Shown here: positions 48,477 through 57,720 of the stretch, piece after piece
How positions within the stretch are numbered: position 1 is the stretch's first letter
How the letters are laid out: each line of letters begins with the position of its first letter
DNA from: Deltaproteobacteria bacterium
Lineage (GTDB): Bacteria > Desulfobacterota > B13-G15 > RBG-16-54-18
NCBI GenBank assembly: GCA_016927065.1
Contig: JAFGNJ010000027.1
Span: 36,506 to 100,505, forward strand
Reading direction: 5' to 3'
Length of the DNA: 64,000 nucleotides
The notes under the pieces: generated by a model
Seen by the model: only the letters and a program-made list of their open reading frames with translations
What the model was told of the DNA's origin: nothing
Databases searched by the model: none
Translations under genes and position numbers: made by a program

Positions 48477-49475
48477 ATGCGAGTTCTCTTTCTCATCCAA
48501 GGTTGGGATGTAGCAGCTAGTCGGTATAGAGTACTTCAATATCTGCCATATCTGGAGAAAAGGGGGGTCGAGACCCACGTAGCCACGTATCCCAGGGGTA
48601 TTACCGACTTTGCAACGTTCTTGAGGAGGGTTGCAGATTATGATGTGCTCTTTCTTCAGAGAAAAAGATATAATCCACCTTTTTTGCAGCTTTTACGCTG
48701 GAGGGCACAGGGGATCGTGTATGACTTTGACGATGCTGTGATGTATAGAAACTCTACGGCGCCATCACCTTACTCCAGAACCCGTCAGAAAAGATTTGCC
48801 CGTATCATAAGGGCCGCAGATTATGTCATTGCTGGTAATAATTTCTTGAAAGATCAAGCTTCGAAATTTACCGAACAGGTAACTGTGATACCTACGTCAA
48901 TTGACCGGGATCGATATGATGTTAAAGACTACCAAGAAAAAAAGAACAGGGTATCGATCGGGTGGATCGGAGATCACGGGAGCATCCACTATCTGCAAAA
49001 AATGCGGTCTATCTTTGAAAAACTGGGCAGGAGATATCCTGACCTCGAGCTTAAAATCATCTGCGATACCTTCTTTGACTGTAAAAACATTGAGGTTGTC
49101 AAAAAGCCGTGGAGCCAGAAAGAAGAGGTTGAGGACTTGAAAAGCCTAGACATCGGTGTGATGCCTCTCTTGGATGATCCCTGGTCGTGGGGCAAATGTG
49201 GACTCAAGATACTGCAGTATTATGGAGTAGGAGTGCCGGTAGTCTGCACGCCCGTGGGTGTCAACAGGGATGTGGTACAAAATGGGGTGAACGGTTTTTG
49301 GGCCATGACCAATGACGAATGGATTGAGAAGCTCTCCGTATTGATTGAAGACCCTTCCCTGCGGCAAAAGATGGGGTTACGAGGCCGAGAGTTGGTGAGA
49401 AAGTCATATTCCATACAAGGGTGTGCGTCAATATTTTATGGGGTGTTGGATGAGGTGGCCCGTGGGGGTGTCTGA
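48477..49475 (+). CDS. GT-B fold glycosyltransferase (GT4-like), paralog of 46061
   Basis: Paralog of 46061 protein; ATG at 48477. Confidence 0.75.
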   Translation: MRVLFLIQGWDVAASRYRVLQYLPYLEKRGVETHVATYPRGITDFATFLRRVADYDVLFLQRKRYNPPFLQLLRWRAQGIVYDFDDAVMYRNSTAPSPYSRTRQKRFARIIRAADYVIAGNNFLKDQASKFTEQVTVIPTSIDRDRYDVKDYQEKKNRVSIGWIGDHGSIHYLQKMRSIFEKLGRRYPDLELKIICDTFFDCKNIEVVKKPWSQKEEVEDLKSLDIGVMPLLDDPWSWGKCGLKILQYYGVGVPVVCTPVGVNRDVVQNGVNGFWAMTNDEWIEKLSVLIEDPSLRQKMGLRGRELVRKSYSIQGCASIFYGVLDEVARGGV

Positions 49476-51159
49476 TGATCTATCATATAAGCGGGGGGTG
49501 AAGGGATGGCGATGGACCCTTGTCGAAGGCACGGCTCAGGAGTTACCCCCCTCGTTGCTCGATGATCCAGAGCGATTTCTGTGCAAACACCCTCCACAAA
49601 AAGTTTTAAAAGAATCCCCTGTCCGAACGGTCTCGATTATTTCAGGGCCTCGTGGAAGGCTCTTCCTGAAACGCTATAAGATAAAAAAATTCAAAGAGAA
49701 ATTTAAATACCTCGCGGTCCCCTCCAAGGCACACAAAGAATGGTTGATGGGGCGTCAAGCACTGCGCAAAGGAATCCCCACCCCCATGCCTTTGGCCATA
49801 GCCGAGAGGCGAAAAGGGATTTTTTTACAAGATGCCTTTCTCATAACCCAAGCCATTTTCCCTTCAAGCTCCTTCATTGAATTGATTTTGGACGGAAGAC
49901 ATAAGGACCTTCTATCCCCTGCAGCCCGATTAATCCATCAGATCCATGAAGCCGGTCTCTTCCATCAGGATCTGCATGCCGGCAATATCTTGGTCGGCGA
50001 AAATAATAACAAGCTTTACCTCATTGACCTCCATCGTTCCAGATTCGTAAAGAGTGTTTCCCAACGCAGGAAACTATGGAACCTGGCGCAGTTTTTTTAT
50101 TCTCTCAAAGGATTAATTTCGAATAAAAATAAAAAGGTTTTTTTAAATAGGTACGATAAAGAAGGGAAGACATTTAACAAGGGATTTGAGGAAACTTTGC
50201 GGAGAATCGAGAGGGTGGAGGAGCGGATTTATCGGCGGCATATGAAGAGCAGGACGAAGCGATGTCTCAAAGACAGCGGAGGATTTTATGTCGCCAAGGA
50301 TGATTCCTGGCGGATATGGGCACGGAGGGGGTGGGAGTTCCAGACATTGCTGCAGCTCATAAAAAAACACAAGAAAATTGTTGACAAGGGTACCGATGGC
50401 TTGATCAAGACAGATCGCCGTTCAGCTATCTCCCTTTTCAATTATAGGAAGACCAGGATTTGCGTGAAGGAATACCGTTATAGGGGGGGGCTGGGATGCA
50501 TAAAGGACTGTTTCAGAAGATCCAGGGCCCGCAGGGGATGGCTGATGGGCAATGGGTTGGTGGTCAGGGGCGTCCCAGGGATTACGCCGCAGGCCCTCTT
50601 GGAGCGCAGGGTGAGAGGGTTTTTAAAGGATGCCTTTCTCATCATGGAGACCCCCCCCGGCTATGTCGAGCTTGACCGCTATATGGTTCGGTCTTTTGAA
50701 GGCTTCCCTCATAAAAAACTTAAGGCAAGGACCTTTCTGATGGCCTTGGCAGGGTTCATAGCTCACCTGTATACGCTCAGGATTTCTCATAGGGACCTGA
50801 AGGCCTGCAACATCATGGTGCGGGAGGAGCACGTGGGGTGGGAATTCGGTTTAGTCGATATGGATGATATCCGTTTGGACAAAAACATCCGCACCAGGAG
50901 GTTTGTGAAGGCATTGATTCAATTACATACGTCTACTCCCCTTTTTATCGGCATGGACGATCGAATTGCATTCCTGAGCGAGTATCTGCGGTTGATCGGC
51001 CGAGGTGACATAAGGGAGATCATCAGCGCGGTGAGCAGGGGCAGTAGGGGAAGACAATTGGTCTATGTAGACCCTCAGGGTGATGTGATCATGGATGTTG
51101 CTTGGGAAAAGACTTGCGCTTCCTGTTGTGAACCCGCTCTTTCAAAAGAGGACTTGTGA
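49423..51159 (+). CDS. tandem two-domain lipopolysaccharide (Kdo/WaaP-type) kinase-like protein
   Basis: Two kinase catalytic loops: FHQDLHAGNILV...LIDLHRS and SHRDLKACNIMV...LVDMDD; start uncertain. Confidence 0.7.
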   Translation: MRQYFMGCWMRWPVGVSDDLSYKRGVKGWRWTLVEGTAQELPPSLLDDPERFLCKHPPQKVLKESPVRTVSIISGPRGRLFLKRYKIKKFKEKFKYLAVPSKAHKEWLMGRQALRKGIPTPMPLAIAERRKGIFLQDAFLITQAIFPSSSFIELILDGRHKDLLSPAARLIHQIHEAGLFHQDLHAGNILVGENNNKLYLIDLHRSRFVKSVSQRRKLWNLAQFFYSLKGLISNKNKKVFLNRYDKEGKTFNKGFEETLRRIERVEERIYRRHMKSRTKRCLKDSGGFYVAKDDSWRIWARRGWEFQTLLQLIKKHKKIVDKGTDGLIKTDRRSAISLFNYRKTRICVKEYRYRGGLGCIKDCFRRSRARRGWLMGNGLVVRGVPGITPQALLERRVRGFLKDAFLIMETPPGYVELDRYMVRSFEGFPHKKLKARTFLMALAGFIAHLYTLRISHRDLKACNIMVREEHVGWEFGLVDMDDIRLDKNIRTRRFVKALIQLHTSTPLFIGMDDRIAFLSEYLRLIGRGDIREIISAVSRGSRGRQLVYVDPQGDVIMDVAWEKTCASCCEPALSKEDL

Positions 51160-52107
51160 AACCGTCTTGATTCGATTGGTTCCTTTGATCTCCAAGGGGG
51201 AAAGGGGAAGGAAGATGAGGCGGAGGCGTTCACCATAGGTATCGGAGAGTAATCGGATATAGTGGGCCTGCATTGTCTTCCTTTGTTGGTGGAAGGCGCA
51301 ATCCGCCTGCTCAATGCAATTGTTGACAATCAGATAGTGCACGGGAAGCCCGTGAGTGTCGAAGTTGTGGATGATACGTTCCGTCTGCTTGACCCCTAAC
51401 GACTCGGGGATGGTGACCACGATGTATTCCGTGAGGCGCTCATCTCTGATAAAGGCGGCAATTTCATTGGAGAGTGCCTGCCATCCGGTGATGATTTCCA
51501 AGAGTGATCGCTTGCCTTTCTGCAGCTTCACCGCTTCCTTCGCTTTTTCAAAATAACTATACAGGTTGAGATAGAATTTCGTCGCCCCCTCCAGGTGGCG
51601 TAGGAAGATCTCGGGGAGGTGGAGCAGGCGCAGGGTGTGTCCTGCCGGGGCGGTGTCCCATACCACCAGGTCATACCGTCCCTCGCGCACCAGTTCCATG
51701 ATGAAATAGAGCATATACTCCTCTTCTATCCCCGGTGCGCCTCCCACATAGTCCATGACAAAGTCATAATCGAGGTCGGTAAACGAGGATACTACCTCAT
51801 AGATCTCACGACCGAAACGCTCCTTCCATTTTTCCCGAACGATCTCAGAGGAGACCTCCAGGGCAGTAAGATCGGTGCAAAGAGGGATAGGGGTTTCTCG
51901 GGGGCCGACGGTGATCTCAAAGATATCCGAGAGGGACGGCGTCGGGTCGCTGGACAGGATAAGGGTCTTCTTCCCCAATTCGGCCATGTGCATGGCTATG
52001 GCCGCCGCACAGGTGGTTTTCCCCACTCCGCCTTTTCCCCCTACCAGGATCAATTGTTTTGATCTCCTCTCTAAATCGGAGAAAGACCTTTTCTCTGCGC
52101 TCATCAC
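51142..52107 (-). CDS. ArsA/GET3-family P-loop ATPase (single domain)
   Basis: Deviant Walker A GGKGGVGKTT; 18-nt 3' overlap with convergent kinase gene. Confidence 0.8.
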   Translation of the reverse strand: MMSAEKRSFSDLERRSKQLILVGGKGGVGKTTCAAAIAMHMAELGKKTLILSSDPTPSLSDIFEITVGPRETPIPLCTDLTALEVSSEIVREKWKERFGREIYEVVSSFTDLDYDFVMDYVGGAPGIEEEYMLYFIMELVREGRYDLVVWDTAPAGHTLRLLHLPEIFLRHLEGATKFYLNLYSYFEKAKEAVKLQKGKRSLLEIITGWQALSNEIAAFIRDERLTEYIVVTIPESLGVKQTERIIHNFDTHGLPVHYLIVNNCIEQADCAFHQQRKTMQAHYIRLLSDTYGERLRLIFLPLSPLEIKGTNRIKTVSQVLF

Positions 52108-52114
52108 CGTTTTC

Positions 52115-52378
52115 CTACAATAATACCCCCACCAGGGTCTCAGTGGTTTGGACTCCTTGCAGCCCGCGAATTTGATTGATGACCATTCGTGATAGATCAG
52201 GTATGTTTTTGATCTGGACCTGCACTACTACGTCCCAGCGACCGAAGACCAGATCGGTCTCTTCCACCCCCGGCAGGGCGCTGATCTGCGAGATAGTGTC
52301 GGCCTCCAGTCCGGGAACGAGACTAACCAAGATATAGGCTTTCATCATATTCTCACCCCCCTCTCCTTGTATCTTCAC
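52115..52378 (-). CDS. stand-alone Lrp/AsnC-type ligand-binding (RAM) domain protein
   Basis: About 75-aa beta-alpha-beta-beta-alpha-beta-like pattern; start probably internal Met (MKAYILV). Confidence 0.45.
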   Translation of the reverse strand: MKIQGEGGENMMKAYILVSLVPGLEADTISQISALPGVEETDLVFGRWDVVVQVQIKNIPDLSRMVINQIRGLQGVQTTETLVGVLL

Positions 52379-53257
52379 CTATGAGAGACCTCGGCATCTG
52401 GTCTCTCTCCTCGACTTCAATTCTTCCACCACGTTATATGTGCAGTTCATATCTCCATAACCCTCGCCAAGTTCTTCTTTATCTTTGTTGAGACCGTGAA
52501 AATCACTTCCCCCTGTGACGACAAGTCCATATCTTTGCGCGAGATAGAGGTAAAATTTCGTCTGGCCTTCTGAGTGTTCAGGGTAATATGTCTCTATTCC
52601 ATCCAGGCCTTTTTCTTTTAATACAACTACTACGGTTTCAAGATCCTGTAGTTGGATCTGGTTAAGGGTAAAGGGATGGGCCAAGACCGCTACCCCTCCA
52701 GCCTTGTGAATGACGCTGATGGCCTCTGCCGGGGAGAATCTAAACTTCTCCACGTAGGCAGGTCCTCCCTTGCCAAGGTAGCGATCGAAGGCATCTTGGA
52801 TATTCTTCGCATAACCCTTTTGGACCAGTGCGTATGCGAAGTGTGGACGACCTGTCTGCCCGTCTTCCGGGGCTTTTTTGATCTCTGAGAGTTCTATTTT
52901 GATCCCGAGTCTTTGGAGCTTTTCGATCATTTTTAGATTTCGTTCTACGCGGGCCCGTTGAACAACCGTTAATTTGTCCAATAGTTCTCCATTGGTGTGA
53001 TCAATATAGTATCCTAATAAGTGCATGGTCCCTTTAGGAAAATCCACGCTTAACTCAACCCCGGGGATTACCTCTAATCCCAGCTTGCTTCCCTCCTGCA
53101 ATCCTTCTGCTATACCCTCTATGGTGTCATGGTCGGTAATGGCAATGGCACGAAGCCCCTTTTTTTTGGCATATTGTACTACCTCGCTAGGACTCATTGT
53201 CCCATCGGAAGCCGTGGTGTGGATGTGGAGATCGATTTCGCTCATGGGTGTAGCCAC
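52379..53257 (-). CDS. PHP-domain metal-dependent phosphoesterase
   Basis: IDLHIHTTASDG and AITDHD motifs. Confidence 0.85.
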   Translation of the reverse strand: MATPMSEIDLHIHTTASDGTMSPSEVVQYAKKKGLRAIAITDHDTIEGIAEGLQEGSKLGLEVIPGVELSVDFPKGTMHLLGYYIDHTNGELLDKLTVVQRARVERNLKMIEKLQRLGIKIELSEIKKAPEDGQTGRPHFAYALVQKGYAKNIQDAFDRYLGKGGPAYVEKFRFSPAEAISVIHKAGGVAVLAHPFTLNQIQLQDLETVVVVLKEKGLDGIETYYPEHSEGQTKFYLYLAQRYGLVVTGGSDFHGLNKDKEELGEGYGDMNCTYNVVEELKSRRETRCRGLS

Positions 53258-53259
53258 GT

Positions 53260-54123
53260 TTAAAAGACCTCTCTGAGCCCCACGGCGAGGGTGGGGAAGG
53301 GGATAGGGATGAAGGCGGTAAAGAAGATGACAAAGGTGAGGCCCCCAAGGACCTTTCTACGCCAACCCAAAGGGGTACGGTCGTCGAGGGGGGGAGGATG
53401 CTGGTAACCGATTCGGCTAAAGTGCAATAGGATTGCCAACACGAGCCATCCGAGGTTGTAGATGAGACCGAGGAGGGTGATCCCCACCAGAGTAAGACGG
53501 AAGATGATCTTGCTGTGGCGACCGAAGAGTGCGTAGATGATGTGCCCCCCGTCGAGCTGTCCTGCAGGTAAGAGATTAAGGGCGGTGATAAAAAATCCCA
53601 ACCATCCCGCATACGCAATGGGATGCAAGATGACATCGGTACCTGGGGGGAGATTCCCCAGGACTATCCGCTGCAGGAGCGAGAACAGGGGGGAATTACC
53701 CAATGAAATACTCCTTGCTGCGAGCTGGGATACATCCGTAACCTCAGATAAGAGGAACCCTACGATCACTGCCGGAATGGCCAGTGCAAGACCAAACAGA
53801 GGTCCCCATGACCCGATGTCGAAGAGGGCCTTGCGTTGGGGTATGGGACCTTTCATCCTGATGAAGGCCCCGAGGGTACCAAAAGGGGGGAGGGGCAAGG
53901 GTATAAAATAGGGGAGCGAGCAAGGCACACCGTATTTGCGGCTGGCAAGATAATGCCCGGTCTCATGGGCTCCGAGAATGGAAAGAATGGCTATGGAATA
54001 ACAGATGCCACCCGTTATTGAGTAGCTCAATGTACCTGATGTGGATAATCCCAACCCTCCAATAAAAAGGGTAGAGCCAACGGTCATGAGAAAAAGGACC
54101 ACATTGGGCCAAAAAGATCTCAT
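53260..54123 (-). CDS. M50 (site-2 protease) family zinc metalloprotease
   Basis: HExxH within TM helix (GAHETGHYL) and LDGG motif (AGQLDGGHIIY). Confidence 0.85.
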   Translation of the reverse strand: MRSFWPNVVLFLMTVGSTLFIGGLGLSTSGTLSYSITGGICYSIAILSILGAHETGHYLASRKYGVPCSLPYFIPLPLPPFGTLGAFIRMKGPIPQRKALFDIGSWGPLFGLALAIPAVIVGFLLSEVTDVSQLAARSISLGNSPLFSLLQRIVLGNLPPGTDVILHPIAYAGWLGFFITALNLLPAGQLDGGHIIYALFGRHSKIIFRLTLVGITLLGLIYNLGWLVLAILLHFSRIGYQHPPPLDDRTPLGWRRKVLGGLTFVIFFTAFIPIPFPTLAVGLREVF

Positions 54124-54137
54124 GGAGGTCGGTTAAG

Positions 54138-54227
54138 CTATTTCCTTTTGTGGCGATCTCTGACAAGTTGTTTTTTGTGTTTGTGTTTTCTCATTTTCTT
54201 ACGTCTTTTTTTTGTAACGCTTCCCAT
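54138..54227 (-). CDS. 29-aa highly basic small protein resembling ribosomal protein bS22 (formerly AURKAIP1/COX24-like)
   Basis: Not in ORF track; MGSVTKKRRKKMRKHKHKKQLVRDRHKRK; AAAGGAG Shine-Dalgarno 7 nt upstream. Confidence 0.5.
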   Translation of the reverse strand: MGSVTKKRRKKMRKHKHKKQLVRDRHKRK

Positions 54228-54229
54228 AT

Positions 54230-54559
54230 CTAATCTCCTTTTCCAGTTGCTGTTTCTATCCATTGCAAATAATCGGCATCGCCCTTTTCTAATGATATGG
54301 CGGTGATCTCCGGGACCTCATAGCTATGAAGTTCTCTAATGCGGCTCCGTATTTTCTCGAAGAGATCCGCCCGGCTTTTAATCAAGATGAGGCTTTCACT
54401 TTCGTCACAGATATCACCCTTCCACCGGTAGATGGAGCGGATCTGAGGTATTATGTTTGCGCAGGCGGCCAGCCCTTCTTCCACTAAATGTTTACCAATC
54501 GAAGCAGCCTCCTGTTCAGAGGCAGCGGTTACAAAAATGATAACAGTTTTACTTTTCAC
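54230..54559 (-). CDS. cutA: divalent-cation tolerance protein CutA
   Basis: 109 aa; CutA1-like pattern (ACANIIP, SIYRWKG, HSYEVPE). Confidence 0.85.
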   Translation of the reverse strand: MKSKTVIIFVTAASEQEAASIGKHLVEEGLAACANIIPQIRSIYRWKGDICDESESLILIKSRADLFEKIRSRIRELHSYEVPEITAISLEKGDADYLQWIETATGKGD

Positions 54560-54808
54560 GGCTTTCCTTCTTTAAACAAAGCTTACTATAGGGAACCTCG
54601 CTGAAACAGATATCACGTTATCGTAGATAGTCCAAGCGAAGAGGTTTCTTTGTTCATCTGCTATATTTCATGCTATCATAAGCTACGTTCTTGTATGGTC
54701 AGAGGATAAGTTTAAAAAATTACAATAACAGGAGCCACTTGTCAAGGAGAACTCGTTTGACATTAAGGTGAAAGTTGCTATCTTTGAAATGGAGATGCAG
54801 CATTTTTT

Positions 54809-56134
54809 GTGGAGGTTACAGGGTTGACCAAAACCAAAAAAAGAAAGATGCGGTTGGAGCATTTGACCAAATTTCAAGATAAAGTCTCGCAGTGTATGAA
54901 GTGTGGCTTCTGTATGTACTTCTGTCCTGTCTACCGGGAGATCCATACTGAACCTGTCGTAGCTCGGGGAAGGAATGTCCTCGCCATGGAACTCCTGGAG
55001 GGCGTCCCCTTTGATTGGGGGCACTTGGAAGAACGCTATAGTAAATGTCTTACGTGTAATCGATGCGCTCAATTCTGCCCTGCAAAAGTAGAAGTAGCCA
55101 CCATCACCATGGCAGCCAGGGCTGATATCGTTGCCAATAAAGGACTCCCCTTTGCCAAGAAGGTAGTATTTGAAAAACTCCTGAAGAAGAGAGGCCTCTT
55201 TGGTAGGGTGTTGAAGCTTGCCTCGAAGCTTCAGTGGTTGCTTCCGAGGACAAAGGGGAAGATCCGTCACCTTCCCGTCTTCCTTTCCGCCCTGGCCAAA
55301 GGCAGACAGATTCCGGAGATCGCCCCTACGTTTCTGCGCGATAAACTCCCAGAGATCAACTCACCCCCGCCGGGGGTCACAAAGCGTATGCGGGTCGCCT
55401 TTTTCGTGGGGTGTGCCACTGATTATGTCTTTCCTGACGTAGGGAAGCGGACCATAGACTTCCTGACCAGCCAGGGAGTTGAGGTGGTCTTCCCCAAAGG
55501 ACAGGGGTGTTGCGGAATGCCGGTTTTTGGTAGCGGCGATTTTGTTACCGCCAGGGAGATGGCCGATAGAAACGTAGCGGTCTTTTCTCAGTTGAAAGAT
55601 GTGGATTACATCGTTACCTCCTGTGCGACATGTGGGTCTGCCTTGAAAGAGGGGTATATAACCTACTTAGCGGATACCCCAGACAGGGAACAGCGGTATA
55701 AAGAGTTTAGGGACAAAGTGAAGGATATCAACGAATTCATCATCGATATTCTCAAGCCCCCTCCTGAGGCGTTTCGCACTACCTTGCCCAAGGGGACTAA
55801 AATCACGTACCATGATCCCTGCCATTTGGTGCGGTATCAGAATATCTCAGCGCAGCCGCGTGAGGTCATTAAGTCCATCCCGGGTCTAGAGCTAGTGGAG
55901 ATGAGGGAGCCGGACCGATGCTGCGGCATGGGGGGGTCTTTCAATGTTCAATACTATGACCTCTCAAAGAAGATAGCCGATCATAAGATGAAAGCAATCG
56001 CCGATACCGACGCCGATATCGTGGTTACGGCCTGCCCTGGTTGCATGATTCAATTGATCGACAACACTATCCAGAAGAAAATGCCCCAGCGGGTGATGCA
56101 CGTGATGGAGCTGTTGGGTTCAAGGACTGATTAA
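54809..56134 (+). CDS. (Fe-S)-binding oxidoreductase subunit with two 4Fe-4S motifs and two CCG domains (GlcF/GlpC/LutA-like)
   Basis: CMKCGFCMYFCP and CLTCNRCAQFCP ferredoxin motifs; CCG motifs GCCGMP and CCGMGG. Confidence 0.8.
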   Translation: MEVTGLTKTKKRKMRLEHLTKFQDKVSQCMKCGFCMYFCPVYREIHTEPVVARGRNVLAMELLEGVPFDWGHLEERYSKCLTCNRCAQFCPAKVEVATITMAARADIVANKGLPFAKKVVFEKLLKKRGLFGRVLKLASKLQWLLPRTKGKIRHLPVFLSALAKGRQIPEIAPTFLRDKLPEINSPPPGVTKRMRVAFFVGCATDYVFPDVGKRTIDFLTSQGVEVVFPKGQGCCGMPVFGSGDFVTAREMADRNVAVFSQLKDVDYIVTSCATCGSALKEGYITYLADTPDREQRYKEFRDKVKDINEFIIDILKPPPEAFRTTLPKGTKITYHDPCHLVRYQNISAQPREVIKSIPGLELVEMREPDRCCGMGGSFNVQYYDLSKKIADHKMKAIADTDADIVVTACPGCMIQLIDNTIQKKMPQRVMHVMELLGSRTD

Positions 56135-56155
56135 GGGATTTTGAGAAGAGGGTTT

Positions 56156-56413
56156 CTAGATCTCCTCTTGGTGCTTTTTCTCCTGTAAACTCTTTCGGAT
56201 CTCAGAGATGATAGCGTTGGCCTTCGCCTCCAGCTCTTCAGGCACCATGACTGCTGCCCACCCCTTTTGGGGGATGAAAATCCCGTCGTAGGCGGTATCG
56301 TGATAGGATCTGATCATACAGGGGATTTCTTCCTCTTGTAAGGTCTGGGCGATTAGATCCGCTTCGAATTTATTTTCGGCTACCGTGATTTTTTTGTAGT
56401 TTTCCCCGCTCAT
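56156..56413 (-). CDS. small DUF2007-like protein
   Basis: 85 aa, acidic; pattern similar to DUF2007 family. Confidence 0.4.
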   Translation of the reverse strand: MSGENYKKITVAENKFEADLIAQTLQEEEIPCMIRSYHDTAYDGIFIPQKGWAAVMVPEELEAKANAIISEIRKSLQEKKHQEEI

Positions 56414-56495
56414 GATATTTCCTTTTTGGTAGGGGATAATACCATCGGATCATCCTCCGGTCAAGGATATCTCCTCTGAATTCAGTACTCTTCCC

Positions 56496-57707
56496 TTGAT
56501 TGTTGTTCTCACTAACGATACTATGGTATCGGTGAGGGAGATGATGGGAACCCACCGGCTTACGCGGAGGGAATTTTTAGCGACCTGCGGCAAAGGTCTT
56601 TTGGCCCTTACCGCTACCCCCCTTGTCTTGCACAGTGAGGCTTACCCTTCTGAAAAAACCGGGTTGGAGAGTGGATGGGGATTGGTGGAGACAAAACTCT
56701 CCCTCTATTTTCAACCCCTTACAGACAACGACGTTCAGTGTTTACTTTGCCCACGGGAGTGCGTGATCTCCGCAGGTGAAAGGGGGTATTGTGAGGTAAG
56801 GGAAAACAGAAAAGGGAAGCTATACAGCCTCGTTTATGGGAATCCCTGCGCAGTCCATATAGATCCTATCGAGAAAAAACCGTTTTTCCATGTTCTGCCG
56901 GCAACCCCTTCATTTTCCATCGCTACCGCGGGTTGCAACTTCGACTGCAAGTTCTGCCAGAATTGGGAGATTTCTCAGGAGGTGCCGGAGAAAACCCTCA
57001 ATTTCCGATTACCACCTGCTCAGGTGGTGGAGATGGCCCGCGAGAATCGATGCCTTAGCATTGCATCGACCTATGTAGAGCCTACCATCTTCTTCGAGTA
57101 CATGTATGACATCTCGGTTCTGGCCAAGAAGAAGGGGATCTTGAGCGTCTATCACTCCAATGGCTATATTAATCCCCAGCCCTTGGCAGGCCTCAGCCCT
57201 TATCTGGGGGCCGCCTGTATTGACCTTAAAGGTTTTACCAATGATTTCTATCAGGAAATGACTGAAGGAAGTCTTGAGCCGGTCCTGCGCACCATCAAGA
57301 CCTTACGGCAGAAGGGTGTTCACGTGGAGTTGGTCAATCTTGTTATCCCCACTAAGAATGATGATATGAAGGTGGTGCAAGAGATGTGTCAGTGGATCAA
57401 GGAGGAACTCGGTCCTGATGTTCCTCTCCATTTCAGCCGCTTTTATCCTCTGTATAAACTGCGCAATCTCCCCCCCACCCCGGTGAAGACTCTGGAACGG
57501 GCGAGGGAAACCGCACTCGCTGTCGGCCTTGAATATGTCTATATCGGGAACGTCCCTGGCCATGCAGGGGAGAATACCTACTGCCCCCATTGTAAGAAGG
57601 TCCTCATCGCCAGGAAGGGGTATTATATCCTTGCCAATCATGTGATCAAAGGACGGTGTAAATATTGCGGCAAGGAGATCCCCGGGATCTGGAAGGAGTG
57701 GTTGTAG
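56496..57707 (+). CDS. radical SAM enzyme of the PFL-activase-like / AmmeMemoRadiSam type with twin-arginine-like N-terminus
   Basis: N-terminal Cys cluster CLLCPREC...YCEV then GCNFDCKFCQN radical SAM motif; N-terminus THRLTRREFLATCGKGLLALTATPLVL. Confidence 0.75.
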   Translation: MIVVLTNDTMVSVREMMGTHRLTRREFLATCGKGLLALTATPLVLHSEAYPSEKTGLESGWGLVETKLSLYFQPLTDNDVQCLLCPRECVISAGERGYCEVRENRKGKLYSLVYGNPCAVHIDPIEKKPFFHVLPATPSFSIATAGCNFDCKFCQNWEISQEVPEKTLNFRLPPAQVVEMARENRCLSIASTYVEPTIFFEYMYDISVLAKKKGILSVYHSNGYINPQPLAGLSPYLGAACIDLKGFTNDFYQEMTEGSLEPVLRTIKTLRQKGVHVELVNLVIPTKNDDMKVVQEMCQWIKEELGPDVPLHFSRFYPLYKLRNLPPTPVKTLERARETALAVGLEYVYIGNVPGHAGENTYCPHCKKVLIARKGYYILANHVIKGRCKYCGKEIPGIWKEWL

Positions 57708-57720
57708 GAGTGTGAGATAC

